A stretch of DNA of 64,000 nt. Origin: Planctomycetota bacterium. Its GTDB lineage: Bacteria; Planctomycetota; UBA1135; UBA2386. Below, one piece after another: positions 1 to 9,138 of the stretch. Below the pieces are notes generated by a model. The model did not search any database. It was given only the letters and a program-made list of their open reading frames with translations, and was not told the origin of the DNA. The DNA lies in assembly GCA_046290465.1 (NCBI GenBank), contig JBKAGP010000001.1:3392001-3456000 (forward strand). Direction: 5' to 3'. How positions within the stretch are numbered: position 1 is the first letter of the stretch; each line of letters begins with the position of its first letter. The position numbers were made by a program, and so were the translations under genes.

Positions 1-1
1 G

Positions 2-1441
2 CTCGCCACCGGCACCGAACGCATCGAGGTCGCGCTGCTGCCGCCCTCCGTCGAGACCCGCCGACGGGTCCGCGAACGCTGCGGTGCGTCGCTGCAGCAA
101 CGCGGCGTGGTGTCGGCGACGAGCCGCAGCCTGGTGCTCGTCAGCGATCGCAAGCAGAGCCGCGACGACCAGCTGCACCGCGCGGTCGTGCACGTGGCGA
201 CGCTGCTGCGGTTCCGCGACGCGCTCGCCGACGAGGCCCGGCGATCGCTCGGCTACGGCTGGCTCTCGACCGGCCTCGCCCACCGCGCCGAAGTGCTGGC
301 GAACGGCAGCTTCGACACGTTCGTCGTGCGCGGCGTCGTGCAGCGGCCGGTCGAGACCTGGGGCGGCGACCCGTGGCGCGCCGCCGGCGAACTGCTGCGC
401 CGCGGCCAGCTGCCGCCGCTCCCCGACCTGCTGCGCACCGAGTCGGACGACTTCGACCTCGGCCAGCACGTGCTCGCGTTCGCGCTGGTCGACCACCTGA
501 TCACGAGCCAGGCGGCGACGACCCACGGCGACGCGGCGCGCCCGACGCTGCTGGCCGAACTGCTCGCGACCGCCTCGCGCGGCCTAGACAGCAGCCGCGC
601 GCTGAAGGGCGTGCTGGCGATCGACCTCGCCACGCTCGAACGGCGCGTGCACGACCACGTGCGCCAGCGCGCCGGCCGGCTCGGCCCCGACCGCGACGAC
701 GCGCTGCCGCAGCACGCCGTGCACCGGCACGCCGCCGTCTACGTCTACGCGAACGGTCCGGTTCGGCCGCGCCATCGCAAGGTGGTCGAGAAGGCCCTTT
801 TGCAGCGGCACGCGGCGCACACCAGCGGCTGGCAGAAGGTCGACGGCAAGCCGCGGATTGCGATCGGACCGGTCAACCGTTCGGCGGGCTTCTGGCACCA
901 GGACGAGATCGTCAAGAACATCCCGCGCACCTGGCCGATGGTCGCCGTGCTCGAATACGCGACCGACGGCAAGCCGGCGGCCCAGCTCGACTGCTTCCGG
1001 CGCGTTCGCGGCCGCCGCGGCGACGACGGCTGGATGCTCGACCCGACGGTCGGCTTCGTCGCCCACCACAACGCGCAGCTGGTCACCGATCGCGACGACG
1101 ACTTTTCGTACCTCGCCGTGCCCGACACGCCGACCGGCAGCCACGTCGGCGGCAGCGAGTTCGTGCACCGCGGCCGCGTGCGCTGGGCCGACGGCCAGCG
1201 CGCCAGCGTCGGCGTCTGGACGCTGCTCGAAGCGCCTCGCTCGCGGACCACGGCCAGGTGGCACGCGGTGCAGACCGCGCTGGTCGACTGGCGGATCGCC
1301 GAGCAGAGCCGTTCGCTCGGCGTGCGCGCCGTGCGCGCCGTCGCCGACCTCGATCGCGAACTGTCGCCGTGGGGAACCGAGCGCGTATTCCGCTTCCCGG
1401 AGATCCCGCCCGGCCTGTTCGTCGCGCGCGGCACCCGGTAG
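2..1441 (+). CDS. hypothetical protein, 5'-truncated by window edge
   Basis: Frame of ORF 107..1441 is open back to position 2; host-like codon usage; no recognised motif. Confidence 0.7.
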   Translation, partial: LATGTERIEVALLPPSVETRRRVRERCGASLQQRGVVSATSRSLVLVSDRKQSRDDQLHRAVVHVATLLRFRDALADEARRSLGYGWLSTGLAHRAEVLANGSFDTFVVRGVVQRPVETWGGDPWRAAGELLRRGQLPPLPDLLRTESDDFDLGQHVLAFALVDHLITSQAATTHGDAARPTLLAELLATASRGLDSSRALKGVLAIDLATLERRVHDHVRQRAGRLGPDRDDALPQHAVHRHAAVYVYANGPVRPRHRKVVEKALLQRHAAHTSGWQKVDGKPRIAIGPVNRSAGFWHQDEIVKNIPRTWPMVAVLEYATDGKPAAQLDCFRRVRGRRGDDGWMLDPTVGFVAHHNAQLVTDRDDDFSYLAVPDTPTGSHVGGSEFVHRGRVRWADGQRASVGVWTLLEAPRSRTTARWHAVQTALVDWRIAEQSRSLGVRAVRAVADLDRELSPWGTERVFRFPEIPPGLFVARGTR

Positions 1442-1491
1442 CACGGCCCGCGACTGGCACGGCCCGTCGGCCGTGCGTAACGTGCCCGACG

Positions 1492-2721
1492 ATGCCCATG
1501 ACCCGCTGGATGCTGCTGGTCGCGCTCGCCGCGCTGACGCCGTCGTGCGTGCTGTTCCGCTACGGCGACGACATCGCCCGACTCGAGGCGATCGGCTCGG
1601 TGTCCGGCGAGGTCCGCGGCGCCGACGGCCCGATCGTCGTCGCGCTCTACCGCACCCTGGACGGCGAGGACTTCCGCGCCGGCACCCTGTGGGTGCGCGA
1701 GGGCCCCGGTCCGTTTGCGTTCCCGGCCGCGCCGGGCAAGGCGTACCTGTTCGCGTTCGCCGATGCCAACCGCGACATGACCTACCAGCCGACCGAGCGG
1801 TTCGGCTGGTACGGCGACCCGACGCTGCTCGACCTCGGCGAGGGCGAGCGGGCCACCGACCTCGACATCGAACTGCTGGACGCGGTCGACGCCGAAGAAC
1901 GCTACCCGTGGATCCTCGAGAGCCCGACCACGTTCGAACCGATCGATCCGCAGGCCACCCACATCGGCGAGGTCGTCACGATGGACGATCCGCGCTTCGC
2001 GCCGGCCGTCGGGCACGACGGCATGTGGGAGCCGTACCGCTTCCTCGAGGACGGCCGCGAGGGACTGTTCTTCCTCGAGCCGTACGCGAAGCACAAGATC
2101 CCGGTGCTGCTGATCCACGGCATCCGCAGCGCCGGCGGCGACTGGCGCGAGGTCGTCGCGCGGCTCGATCGAACGCGCTACCAACCGTGGATCCTGCAGT
2201 ATCCGTCGGGGTTCGACCTTGCGACGGTCGGCCTCTACGTGCACCAGGCGCTGCTGCAGCTGCACGTACAGCACGGCTTCGAACGGCTGTGCATCGTCGC
2301 GCACAGCATGGGTGGCCTCGTCGGCCGCAACGTCGTGTCGCGCTGCATCGAGTCCGGCGACGTCCCGGTCGACACGTTCATCACGGTGTCGACGCCGTGG
2401 GGCGGCCACTGGGGCGCCAGCGTCGGCGTCGCGATCGCCCCGACTGTCGTGCCGGTCTGGCGCGACATGGTGCCGGACAGCCCGTTCTTGCAGAGCCTCT
2501 GGCAGCGACCGCTGCCCGACGACGTGCACTTCTCGATGCTGTTCAGCTTCCGCGGCAGCAGCGACGACGGCGTGATCTCGTTCGAGAGCCAGCTACCTCT
2601 GCACGTGCAGCAACGCGCGCGCAACGTCATCGGCCTGCACGAAGACCACCACAGCATCCTCAAAAGCGAGGACCTGGTCCGCCTCCTGCACGCCTGGCTC
2701 GCAAGGCCAACCACCCCCTGA
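1492..2721 (+). CDS. alpha/beta-hydrolase (lipase/esterase-like) lipoprotein
   Basis: Signal ending LTPSC; VLLIHG, nucleophile elbow AHSMGG, STPWGG, DGVI, C-terminal His (EDHHSIL). Confidence 0.85.
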   Translation: MPMTRWMLLVALAALTPSCVLFRYGDDIARLEAIGSVSGEVRGADGPIVVALYRTLDGEDFRAGTLWVREGPGPFAFPAAPGKAYLFAFADANRDMTYQPTERFGWYGDPTLLDLGEGERATDLDIELLDAVDAEERYPWILESPTTFEPIDPQATHIGEVVTMDDPRFAPAVGHDGMWEPYRFLEDGREGLFFLEPYAKHKIPVLLIHGIRSAGGDWREVVARLDRTRYQPWILQYPSGFDLATVGLYVHQALLQLHVQHGFERLCIVAHSMGGLVGRNVVSRCIESGDVPVDTFITVSTPWGGHWGASVGVAIAPTVVPVWRDMVPDSPFLQSLWQRPLPDDVHFSMLFSFRGSSDDGVISFESQLPLHVQQRARNVIGLHEDHHSILKSEDLVRLLHAWLARPTTP

Positions 2722-2729
2722 CCCCACCC

Positions 2730-2756
2730 CAAACACCGCATACCGAACCGGGTTCA
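2730..2756. repeat. half copy of intergenic palindromic repeat family
   Basis: caaacaccgcataccgaaccgggttca is identical to part of the left arm of the 54645-54734 palindrome. Confidence 0.8.
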
Positions 2757-2847
2757 GGTTGCAGTGCGGGATCGCACACGACGATCCACGACGGCTGCAC
2801 CGACCCAAGGCTCTCGCGACCGACGGCCGCAACGCCGACGGGCACAC

Positions 2848-4386
2848 CTACCCCCGACCGTCGCGCCGCTGCCGCTTGTGCTGCTGCAGCAGCTGCTTCG
2901 CCTCGTCCTGGTAGAGGCCGTCCGGATCGATCCCCAGCGCGCACAGTTCCTGCGCCAGCTTCGGCGTGCACAGCCCGACAGCTTTGCGCTCGCGCAGCAC
3001 GTCGCGCAGCGCCTCCGCCTGCCGACTCGAGAACTGCTCGGCGCGCTCCGGCGGCACCCCGGCCTTCTCCAGATACTTGCGTTGCGTGCCGCTGGCGCGC
3101 GCGCCGCCGCGCGAACGCCGCACGTAGAAGTCGAGGTCGATGCCGACCGCGCGGAACGGATCCCGCTGCCGCAGCTGGTAGCTGACCGACGCCTCGAACG
3201 CCTCCTGCTCCTGCTGCGCCAGCTCGAGCGCCCGTTCGAGCGCGATCGCCTGCCCCTCCTCGCTGGTCTCCTTGGCGATGCGCCGCGCGCGTTCCTGCAC
3301 GTCCGGGTCCGCAGACGCGAAGATGTCGACCGCCTGCGCCAGCGAGTGACGGCAGTTGCCCGGCACGAAGTCGAGCACCAGCAGATCCTGCTTGCCCTCG
3401 GACAGCCGCGTGCCGCGGCCGACCATCTGCGCATAGAACGAACGCGACAACACCGGTCGCGCGATCGCGACCAGCGCGATCTGCGGCACGTCGAAGCCCT
3501 CGGTGAACAGCGAGCAGTTGACCAGCACCTGGATCTCGCCGCGACGGAAGCGGTCGAGCACCGGCGCCCGCACGTCCCACGGGCTGCTGCCGTCGAGCGC
3601 CGCCGCGAAGTCGGGATCCCCCGCCTCCTCGTTGAACACGCGGCACAGCGAGTGCGCGTGCGCGACCGACGCCGCGAACACGATCGTCGGCCGGCCGTCG
3701 CGTTCGCGCAGGATCGGCTGCACGATCTCGGCGAGGTGCAGTTCGCGCGTCAGGATGTCCTCGACGTCGCGCGTCGCCAGCTCGCCGGCGATCTTGCGCA
3801 CGCCCGAGAAGTCCGCCTGCGTCTGCACCAGGAACGAGCGGATCGGGCACAGCCAACCGTCCTGGATCGCGCGCCGCACGTCGTACTCGAACGCGACCGT
3901 CGCGAACACCTCGCCCAGCGGCACGCGGTCGCTGCGGTCCGGCGTCGCGGTCACCCCGAGCAGCCACGCGTCGAAGTGGTCGAGCACCTTGCGGTAGGAG
4001 TCCGACGTCGCATGGTGCGCCTCGTCGACGACGACGATCTTGAACGCGTCGCGCGGGATGTGCCGCAACCGCCCGCTCAGCGTCTGGATGCTGGCGACGG
4101 CGATCTTCGGCCGCGTGCCGTCGGGCCTGGTGAAGCCGCGCTGCTCCGCCATCTCGACCGCGACCACGTCGTCGCACCAGTTGGCGATCTTCTCGCGCGC
4201 CTGCTCGACGAGTTCCTGCCGGTGCGCGAGCACCAGCACCGGCCCCTTGGCCAGCCGCGAGATCTCGGCGAACAGCACCGTCTTGCCGGTGCCGGTCGGC
4301 ATCACCACCAACGCGGACCGGTGGCCCTGCCGGTAGGCCTCTCGAACGGCACGCAGCGCCGCGTCCTGGTAGGGCCGCAGGCTCAT
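2848..4386 (-). CDS. SF2 DEAD/DEAH-box helicase (ResIII/Irc3-like)
   Basis: LRPYQ Q-motif, PTGTGKT, DEAHH, TATPDR, TEGFD, QMVGRGTR. Confidence 0.92.
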   Translation of the reverse strand: MSLRPYQDAALRAVREAYRQGHRSALVVMPTGTGKTVLFAEISRLAKGPVLVLAHRQELVEQAREKIANWCDDVVAVEMAEQRGFTRPDGTRPKIAVASIQTLSGRLRHIPRDAFKIVVVDEAHHATSDSYRKVLDHFDAWLLGVTATPDRSDRVPLGEVFATVAFEYDVRRAIQDGWLCPIRSFLVQTQADFSGVRKIAGELATRDVEDILTRELHLAEIVQPILRERDGRPTIVFAASVAHAHSLCRVFNEEAGDPDFAAALDGSSPWDVRAPVLDRFRRGEIQVLVNCSLFTEGFDVPQIALVAIARPVLSRSFYAQMVGRGTRLSEGKQDLLVLDFVPGNCRHSLAQAVDIFASADPDVQERARRIAKETSEEGQAIALERALELAQQEQEAFEASVSYQLRQRDPFRAVGIDLDFYVRRSRGGARASGTQRKYLEKAGVPPERAEQFSSRQAEALRDVLRERKAVGLCTPKLAQELCALGIDPDGLYQDEAKQLLQQHKRQRRDGRG

Positions 4387-4506
4387 CGACGTGGCGGATC
4401 ACTCGGCGGTTGGTGCATGCGACGGCCCATCTGGACTGGCCCAGTTGGACTGGCCCAGCTGGAGTTGTCATGTGTAGTGGGCACGGACCACCGCCGAAAG
4501 CGCCGC

Positions 4507-4902
4507 TCAGTTCCGCGAGAACACCACCTCGGCCGCGACCGCCGTCCAGACGACCTCGCCGGTGACGTGCCGCCAGACCGCCAGCTGCAGCGACGCGCCG
4601 GGCGTTCGGTGCATCAGCACGAGCCGATCGCCGGAGCCGTCGTCGCCGATCGCCACCGCGGCCTCGGGGAAGCCGCCGAGCAGGCGCGCTTGCTCCGTCT
4701 GCCGACAGACGTGGTCCCAGGTCGGGCCGATGCGCCGCGGGTCGCTGTCGTCGGCGACCGGATGCAGGTCCCACCAGCCGTCGTCGACCTCGACCTCACC
4801 GCCGTTGCTGTGGCGCAGCCACGCGCGGTAGCACGGCGGGAACGCCACGCCGAGCTGTCGTTCGGTGGCGGCGATGTAGGGCTCGGCAACGGGTTCGAAC
4901 AC
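4507..4902 (-). CDS. SMI1/KNR4 (SUKH) family protein
   Basis: E-x-x-LGVAFPxxYRxWLxxSNGG and AIGDDGSGD motifs; GTG start estimated. Confidence 0.8.
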   Translation of the reverse strand: MFEPVAEPYIAATERQLGVAFPPCYRAWLRHSNGGEVEVDDGWWDLHPVADDSDPRRIGPTWDHVCRQTEQARLLGGFPEAAVAIGDDGSGDRLVLMHRTPGASLQLAVWRHVTGEVVWTAVAAEVVFSRN

Positions 4903-4952
4903 GGCCGCGGTTCGCGTGCGCGCCCGGTCGGGATGCGCCGCGTGCCACCGGG

Positions 4953-5387
4953 TTACCGGATGTCGCCCTTGTCGAGCAAGCCGTACTTGACCCAACCGCG
5001 CCCTTCGTCGGACAGCTTCCAGCGGCGGTCCTGCACTTCGAACAGTCCCTTGTCGCGCTTCTGGTTGAGCGTGTCGGTGATGTTCTTGGGCAGCTCCTCG
5101 CCGGCCTCGGTCAGCGCGTCGACGATGTCGCCGCTGCGCCACTCGCTGCGGCCGCAATGCGTCTCCAGCCAGTAGGCGATCACGCCGGCCTTGTCGGCGT
5201 GGGTCTTGGCCGACGAACGCTGCAGCAGCTCCGAGGGCGTCGGCGCGGCCTCGGCCTCCCCCTGCGCCATCAGCTCCGGCAGCGAGCGACGCAGCGAACG
5301 CAGCACGCCCTCGAGCTGCTCGGTGTCGACCTCGCCGCGGCAGGTCAGCTCGACGGGGCCGATCTTGATCTCGATCTCGCTGGTCAT
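4953..5387 (-). CDS. hypothetical protein with probable C-terminal winged-helix
   Basis: Clean ORF; C-terminus PKNITDTLN...GLFEV..RWKLSDEG resembles a wHTH wing. Confidence 0.65.
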   Translation of the reverse strand: MTSEIEIKIGPVELTCRGEVDTEQLEGVLRSLRRSLPELMAQGEAEAAPTPSELLQRSSAKTHADKAGVIAYWLETHCGRSEWRSGDIVDALTEAGEELPKNITDTLNQKRDKGLFEVQDRRWKLSDEGRGWVKYGLLDKGDIR

Positions 5388-5433
5388 GGCACTGCCTGAT
5401 CGGCGTTCTCAGCTAGCTGCTTTAGCTCTGGTG

Positions 5434-5754
5434 CTAGAAATCCTCGGCACTGCGCTCGGCCGGTGGCGCCGACGCCGACCGGTCGCGCGGCCGGGCCACC
5501 GGCAGGGTGTCGGGCAGGCCGTCCGGCTGGGCCTCCGGCTCGTCCTCGAGCGCCAACCGCGCTCCCAGCACCTGCAGCGCCTCGACGGCCTGCCGCAGCC
5601 GCGGGTGCACTTCGGGGGCCTCGGTGGCGGTGCGACGCACCAGCGCCCCGAGCTCCCACGCCGCACGCCACGCCTGGGTCCGCAGCGACGCCCGCTTGCA
5701 CCGCTCCAACAGGCTCTCGCCTTTGATCCGATCTGACCGTAGTTCGTTGTCCAT
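5434..5754 (-). CDS. hypothetical protein
   Basis: ATG preceded by GAAGGGAGA; helical N-terminus. Confidence 0.5.
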   Translation of the reverse strand: MDNELRSDRIKGESLLERCKRASLRTQAWRAAWELGALVRRTATEAPEVHPRLRQAVEALQVLGARLALEDEPEAQPDGLPDTLPVARPRDRSASAPPAERSAEDF

Positions 5755-5872
5755 GGTTCGTCTCCCTTCCTGTGCCTGACAGCACCCGTTGCCTGACAGG
5801 GGCACCTTTCGGATCCGGCCGGACTCGAACTGAATAGAAGCTCCTAGAAAAACGAGATCGCGGGCCGGGGGC

Positions 5873-6433
5873 TCACTTCCGTTTGACGAGCATCCTGCTG
5901 GTGCGGGCGCCGATCCGCGCGCCACCGCGGTGCCGCTTGACGTCCGAGATCGTGTAGATCGCGTCGGGGTCCGCCCCCTCGATCAGCCGCAGCAGACGCG
6001 GCAGACGACGACGTTCTTCGACGACCAGCAGCACCTCGACGGGCTTGCCGTCGTCGTCGTGGCCGTTCAGCTCGGTGATCGAAAAGCCCTCGTCACGCAG
6101 CATCGCGGCGAGGTCGACGTCGTGGTTGGACGAGATCATGCGCACCAGCTCCATGCCCATCGCGAGCTTGGTCTCGAGCCAGATGCCGACGTAGTTGCCC
6201 GCGGCGAAACCGCCGGCGTATGCGACCGCGATGTACCACTGCGACAGATCCCGCAGCACCGCGCTGGCGGCCATCAACCAGATCAGGATCTCGACGAACC
6301 CGATCAATGCCGCGCGCACGCGGAACGCGCGGATCACCAGGATCGTGCGGACCGTGCCCAGCGACACGTCGACGACGCGGGCGGCGAACACGACGGCGCT
6401 GAGCAGCACGGGACTGTCGGAGAGGAAGTCCAT
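5873..6433 (-). CDS. DUF2179/UPF0316 family membrane protein
   Basis: FAARVVDVSLGTVR, GFVEILIW, AYAGGFAAGNYVG, C-terminal DPDAIYTISDV. Confidence 0.9.
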   Translation of the reverse strand: MDFLSDSPVLLSAVVFAARVVDVSLGTVRTILVIRAFRVRAALIGFVEILIWLMAASAVLRDLSQWYIAVAYAGGFAAGNYVGIWLETKLAMGMELVRMISSNHDVDLAAMLRDEGFSITELNGHDDDGKPVEVLLVVEERRRLPRLLRLIEGADPDAIYTISDVKRHRGGARIGARTSRMLVKRK

Positions 6434-6586
6434 GCGCGCAGGCTCGGCATGGCGGCACCGCAACGCAAGCGTTCGTCCCGTTCGTCGACGACGCACGATT
6501 CCCGGAACGCGCTCGCGACCGCCGCCCCGCCCGCGTCAACTGCACGCGCGCGGCCATCCGAGGCCACCCCACCTGACGATCCGGCC

Positions 6587-7750
6587 ATGCACCTGGACCC
6601 CCTGCTCCCCAAACTGGTCGCCGTGTTGCTCGCCATGCTGGCGATCGCGCTGGTCATGCGCGTGCTGCGGCAGCCACACGTCGTCGCCTACCTGATCGCC
6701 GGCGTGGTGCTTGGCCCCGGCGTGCTCGGGGTCATCGAGGACGCCGACACGATCCACCATCTCGGTTCCGTCGGCCTGGTGTTGCTGATGTTCTTCGTCG
6801 GCATGGAGGTCTCGCCCAAGCAGCTGGCGCAGGGCTGGCGCGTGGCCGTGATCGGCACCGGGGTCCAGATCGCGGCGAGCGTCGGCTGCGCGATGGGCCT
6901 CGGCGCGATGCTGGGCTGGCCGCTGCCGCGCAGCGTCGTGCTCGGCATGGTGATCAGCCTCAGCAGTACCGCCGTCGTGCTCAAGCTGCTCAAGGAATGG
7001 CGCGAACTCGACTCGGACGTCGGCCGCGACGCGCTCGGCATCCTGCTGGTCCAGGACCTCGCGGTGATCCCGATGCTTGCGATGATCGGATTCCTCGGCG
7101 ACGCGCACGAAGGCGAAGGCATGTGGCTGCAGCAGGCCATCGGCGGCGTCGTGCTGGTCGGCATCGCGGTGCTGTCGGTGCGCCGGCCGGCGAGGCTGCC
7201 GCTGGTGTCGTGGCTGCGCGACGACCACGAACTACAGGTGTTCGCCGCCGGCGCGGTCGCGACCGGCCTTGCTCTGCTGAGCGGCCTGGTCGGCCTGTCC
7301 ACCGCGCTCGGCGCGTTCGTCGCCGGCATGCTGGTCGCGTCGGCGCGCGAGACCGAATGGGTGCACCGCAGCCTCGAGCCGTTCCGCGTCGCGTTCGTCG
7401 CGATGTTCTTCCTGTCGGTCGGCATGCTGCTCGACCTGCAGTTCTTGATCGACCACTGGTGGCAGGCGCTGCTGCTGGTCGCCGCCGTGCTGCTGACCAA
7501 CAACCTGATCAACGGCATCACGCTGCGCATGCTCGGCGACCCGTGGCGCGAGTCGCTCTACACCGGCGCGCTGCTGTCGCAGATCGGCGAGTTCAGCTTC
7601 GTGCTGGCGTCGGTCGCCTACCAGGCGCGCATCATCGAGAGCTACGGCTACCTGATGACGATCGCGGTGATCGCGCTGAGCCTGGCGCTGAGCCCGGCCT
7701 GGATCGCCGTGATGCGCAAGCTGACCGGCCAGGGCCACGCGCAGGCGTAG
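6587..7750 (+). CDS. cation:proton antiporter (CPA2/Kef-type membrane domain)
   Basis: GVVLGP, SLSSTAVVLK, GILLVQDL, LGAFVAG, SQIGEFSFVL; many TM helices. Confidence 0.92.
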   Translation: MHLDPLLPKLVAVLLAMLAIALVMRVLRQPHVVAYLIAGVVLGPGVLGVIEDADTIHHLGSVGLVLLMFFVGMEVSPKQLAQGWRVAVIGTGVQIAASVGCAMGLGAMLGWPLPRSVVLGMVISLSSTAVVLKLLKEWRELDSDVGRDALGILLVQDLAVIPMLAMIGFLGDAHEGEGMWLQQAIGGVVLVGIAVLSVRRPARLPLVSWLRDDHELQVFAAGAVATGLALLSGLVGLSTALGAFVAGMLVASARETEWVHRSLEPFRVAFVAMFFLSVGMLLDLQFLIDHWWQALLLVAAVLLTNNLINGITLRMLGDPWRESLYTGALLSQIGEFSFVLASVAYQARIIESYGYLMTIAVIALSLALSPAWIAVMRKLTGQGHAQA

Positions 7751-7757
7751 CCGGCGA

Positions 7758-9011
7758 TCAGAACACGAACGGCGGCAGGTGCCCGTCGCCGCACATCAGG
7801 CTGTCGCGGCGCAGCTCGGGGCCCCGTTCGCGCAGTTCGTCGATCGTGCGCACGCCGACCAGCCGCATCGCGCGGTCGAAGTCCGAGTGCAGGATCTCGA
7901 ACGCGCGACGCAGGCCGACGGGGCCGCCGGCACCGATGCCGGCGGCGGTCACGCGGCCGATGCCGACCGCCTTCAGGCCGTAGGTCAGCGCGACCAGCAC
8001 GTCGGTGCCGTTGCGCACGCCGCCGTCCATCATGAAGTCGAGCTGGGTGTCGCCGACCTTGGGCATCTCCTGCGCCACCGTGTGCAGCACCGGCGGCACG
8101 CGATCCTGCTGGCGACCACCGTGGTTGGACCAGATCACGCCGGTCGCGCCGAGTTCCTCGGCCTTGCGCGCGTCGTGTGCGCAGTGCACGCCCTTGACGA
8201 TCAGCGGGCGATCTTCACCCCACGCCTCCTTGACCCAGCGCAGGTCGTCCCAGGTGACCGCCGAAGCGGCCAGCTGCGTGCCGATGTCCGCGTAGGGCAT
8301 CGGATCGCCGTTGTCGTCGAGCACGTTGACGAAGTGCATCAGGCCGCCGTCGCGGAAGTGGTCGAGCAGCCAGCCCAGGCGCGTGATCATCTGCGGGCCG
8401 AGCGCGAGCTTGCGGCCGGCGAGCTTGATGCGTTCGACCAGGCCGAGGCCGGCGAACGACGCCGCCGCCTGCATCGGCTTCATCCGAGCGTGCAGCGCGC
8501 GCAGGCCGGAGACGCCGGTGTCGATCGTCAGCAGCAGCGCCCGGAAGCCCGCCGCCCGCGCGCGCGCGATGCCGCGCAGCGCCGTCTCGCGGCCGCCGCA
8601 CAGATACAGCTGGAACCAGCAGCCGCCGGTCGACGCCGCGGTGACCTCCTCCATCGGCGTGCCCGACAGCGTCGACAGCGTCATCACGGTGCCGTTCTCG
8701 CCGGCCACCTGCGCGGCCACGGCATCGGCCTTGGGATACAGCGAACGCAGACTGCCGACCGGCGAGATGAACCACGGGACCGCCAGCTGCTGCCCCACCA
8801 CCGTGGTGCGCGTATCGAGTTCGTCGAAGCTCAGCGCGCCGTAGGCCGTCGTCAGCGACTGCTGGAAGGCGCGCACGTTGCCGCGCAGGGTCGTCTCGCA
8901 GTCGGCCCCCCCGCGAAAGTACTCCGACACTACCGGCGGCACCCGCCGCATCATCAACCGCCACAGATCATCCGTGGTGAGGGCATCGGCAATACGAGAG
9001 TCTCGGCTCAT
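7758..9011 (-). CDS. FMN-dependent alpha-hydroxy acid oxidase/dehydrogenase (LldD-like)
   Basis: WFQLY, LTID, SNHGGRQ, DGGVRNGTD motifs. Confidence 0.92.
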   Translation of the reverse strand: MSRDSRIADALTTDDLWRLMMRRVPPVVSEYFRGGADCETTLRGNVRAFQQSLTTAYGALSFDELDTRTTVVGQQLAVPWFISPVGSLRSLYPKADAVAAQVAGENGTVMTLSTLSGTPMEEVTAASTGGCWFQLYLCGGRETALRGIARARAAGFRALLLTIDTGVSGLRALHARMKPMQAAASFAGLGLVERIKLAGRKLALGPQMITRLGWLLDHFRDGGLMHFVNVLDDNGDPMPYADIGTQLAASAVTWDDLRWVKEAWGEDRPLIVKGVHCAHDARKAEELGATGVIWSNHGGRQQDRVPPVLHTVAQEMPKVGDTQLDFMMDGGVRNGTDVLVALTYGLKAVGIGRVTAAGIGAGGPVGLRRAFEILHSDFDRAMRLVGVRTIDELRERGPELRRDSLMCGDGHLPPFVF

Positions 9012-9015
9012 CCCA

Positions 9016-9113
9016 CGAAGGTAGCCGTACGGTACGCGGTTCATCCTCCAACTTTCGCCGCGCACAGCGCGGCGAAGTTGGAGGATGAACCGCGTACCGT
9101 ACGGCTACCTTCG
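9016..9113. repeat. 98-bp near-perfect palindrome
   Basis: 47-bp arms with one extra T in the left arm and a 3-nt loop (aca); contains GGTTCATCCT...AGGATGAACC. Confidence 0.95.
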
Positions 9114-9138
9114 CTGGGGGTGGCGGTAGAGTGGTGGG

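Noticed and set aside
4431..4464. 14-bp tandem (tggactggcccag) upstream of the helicase
   Set aside because: About two and a half copies only, no other occurrence seen
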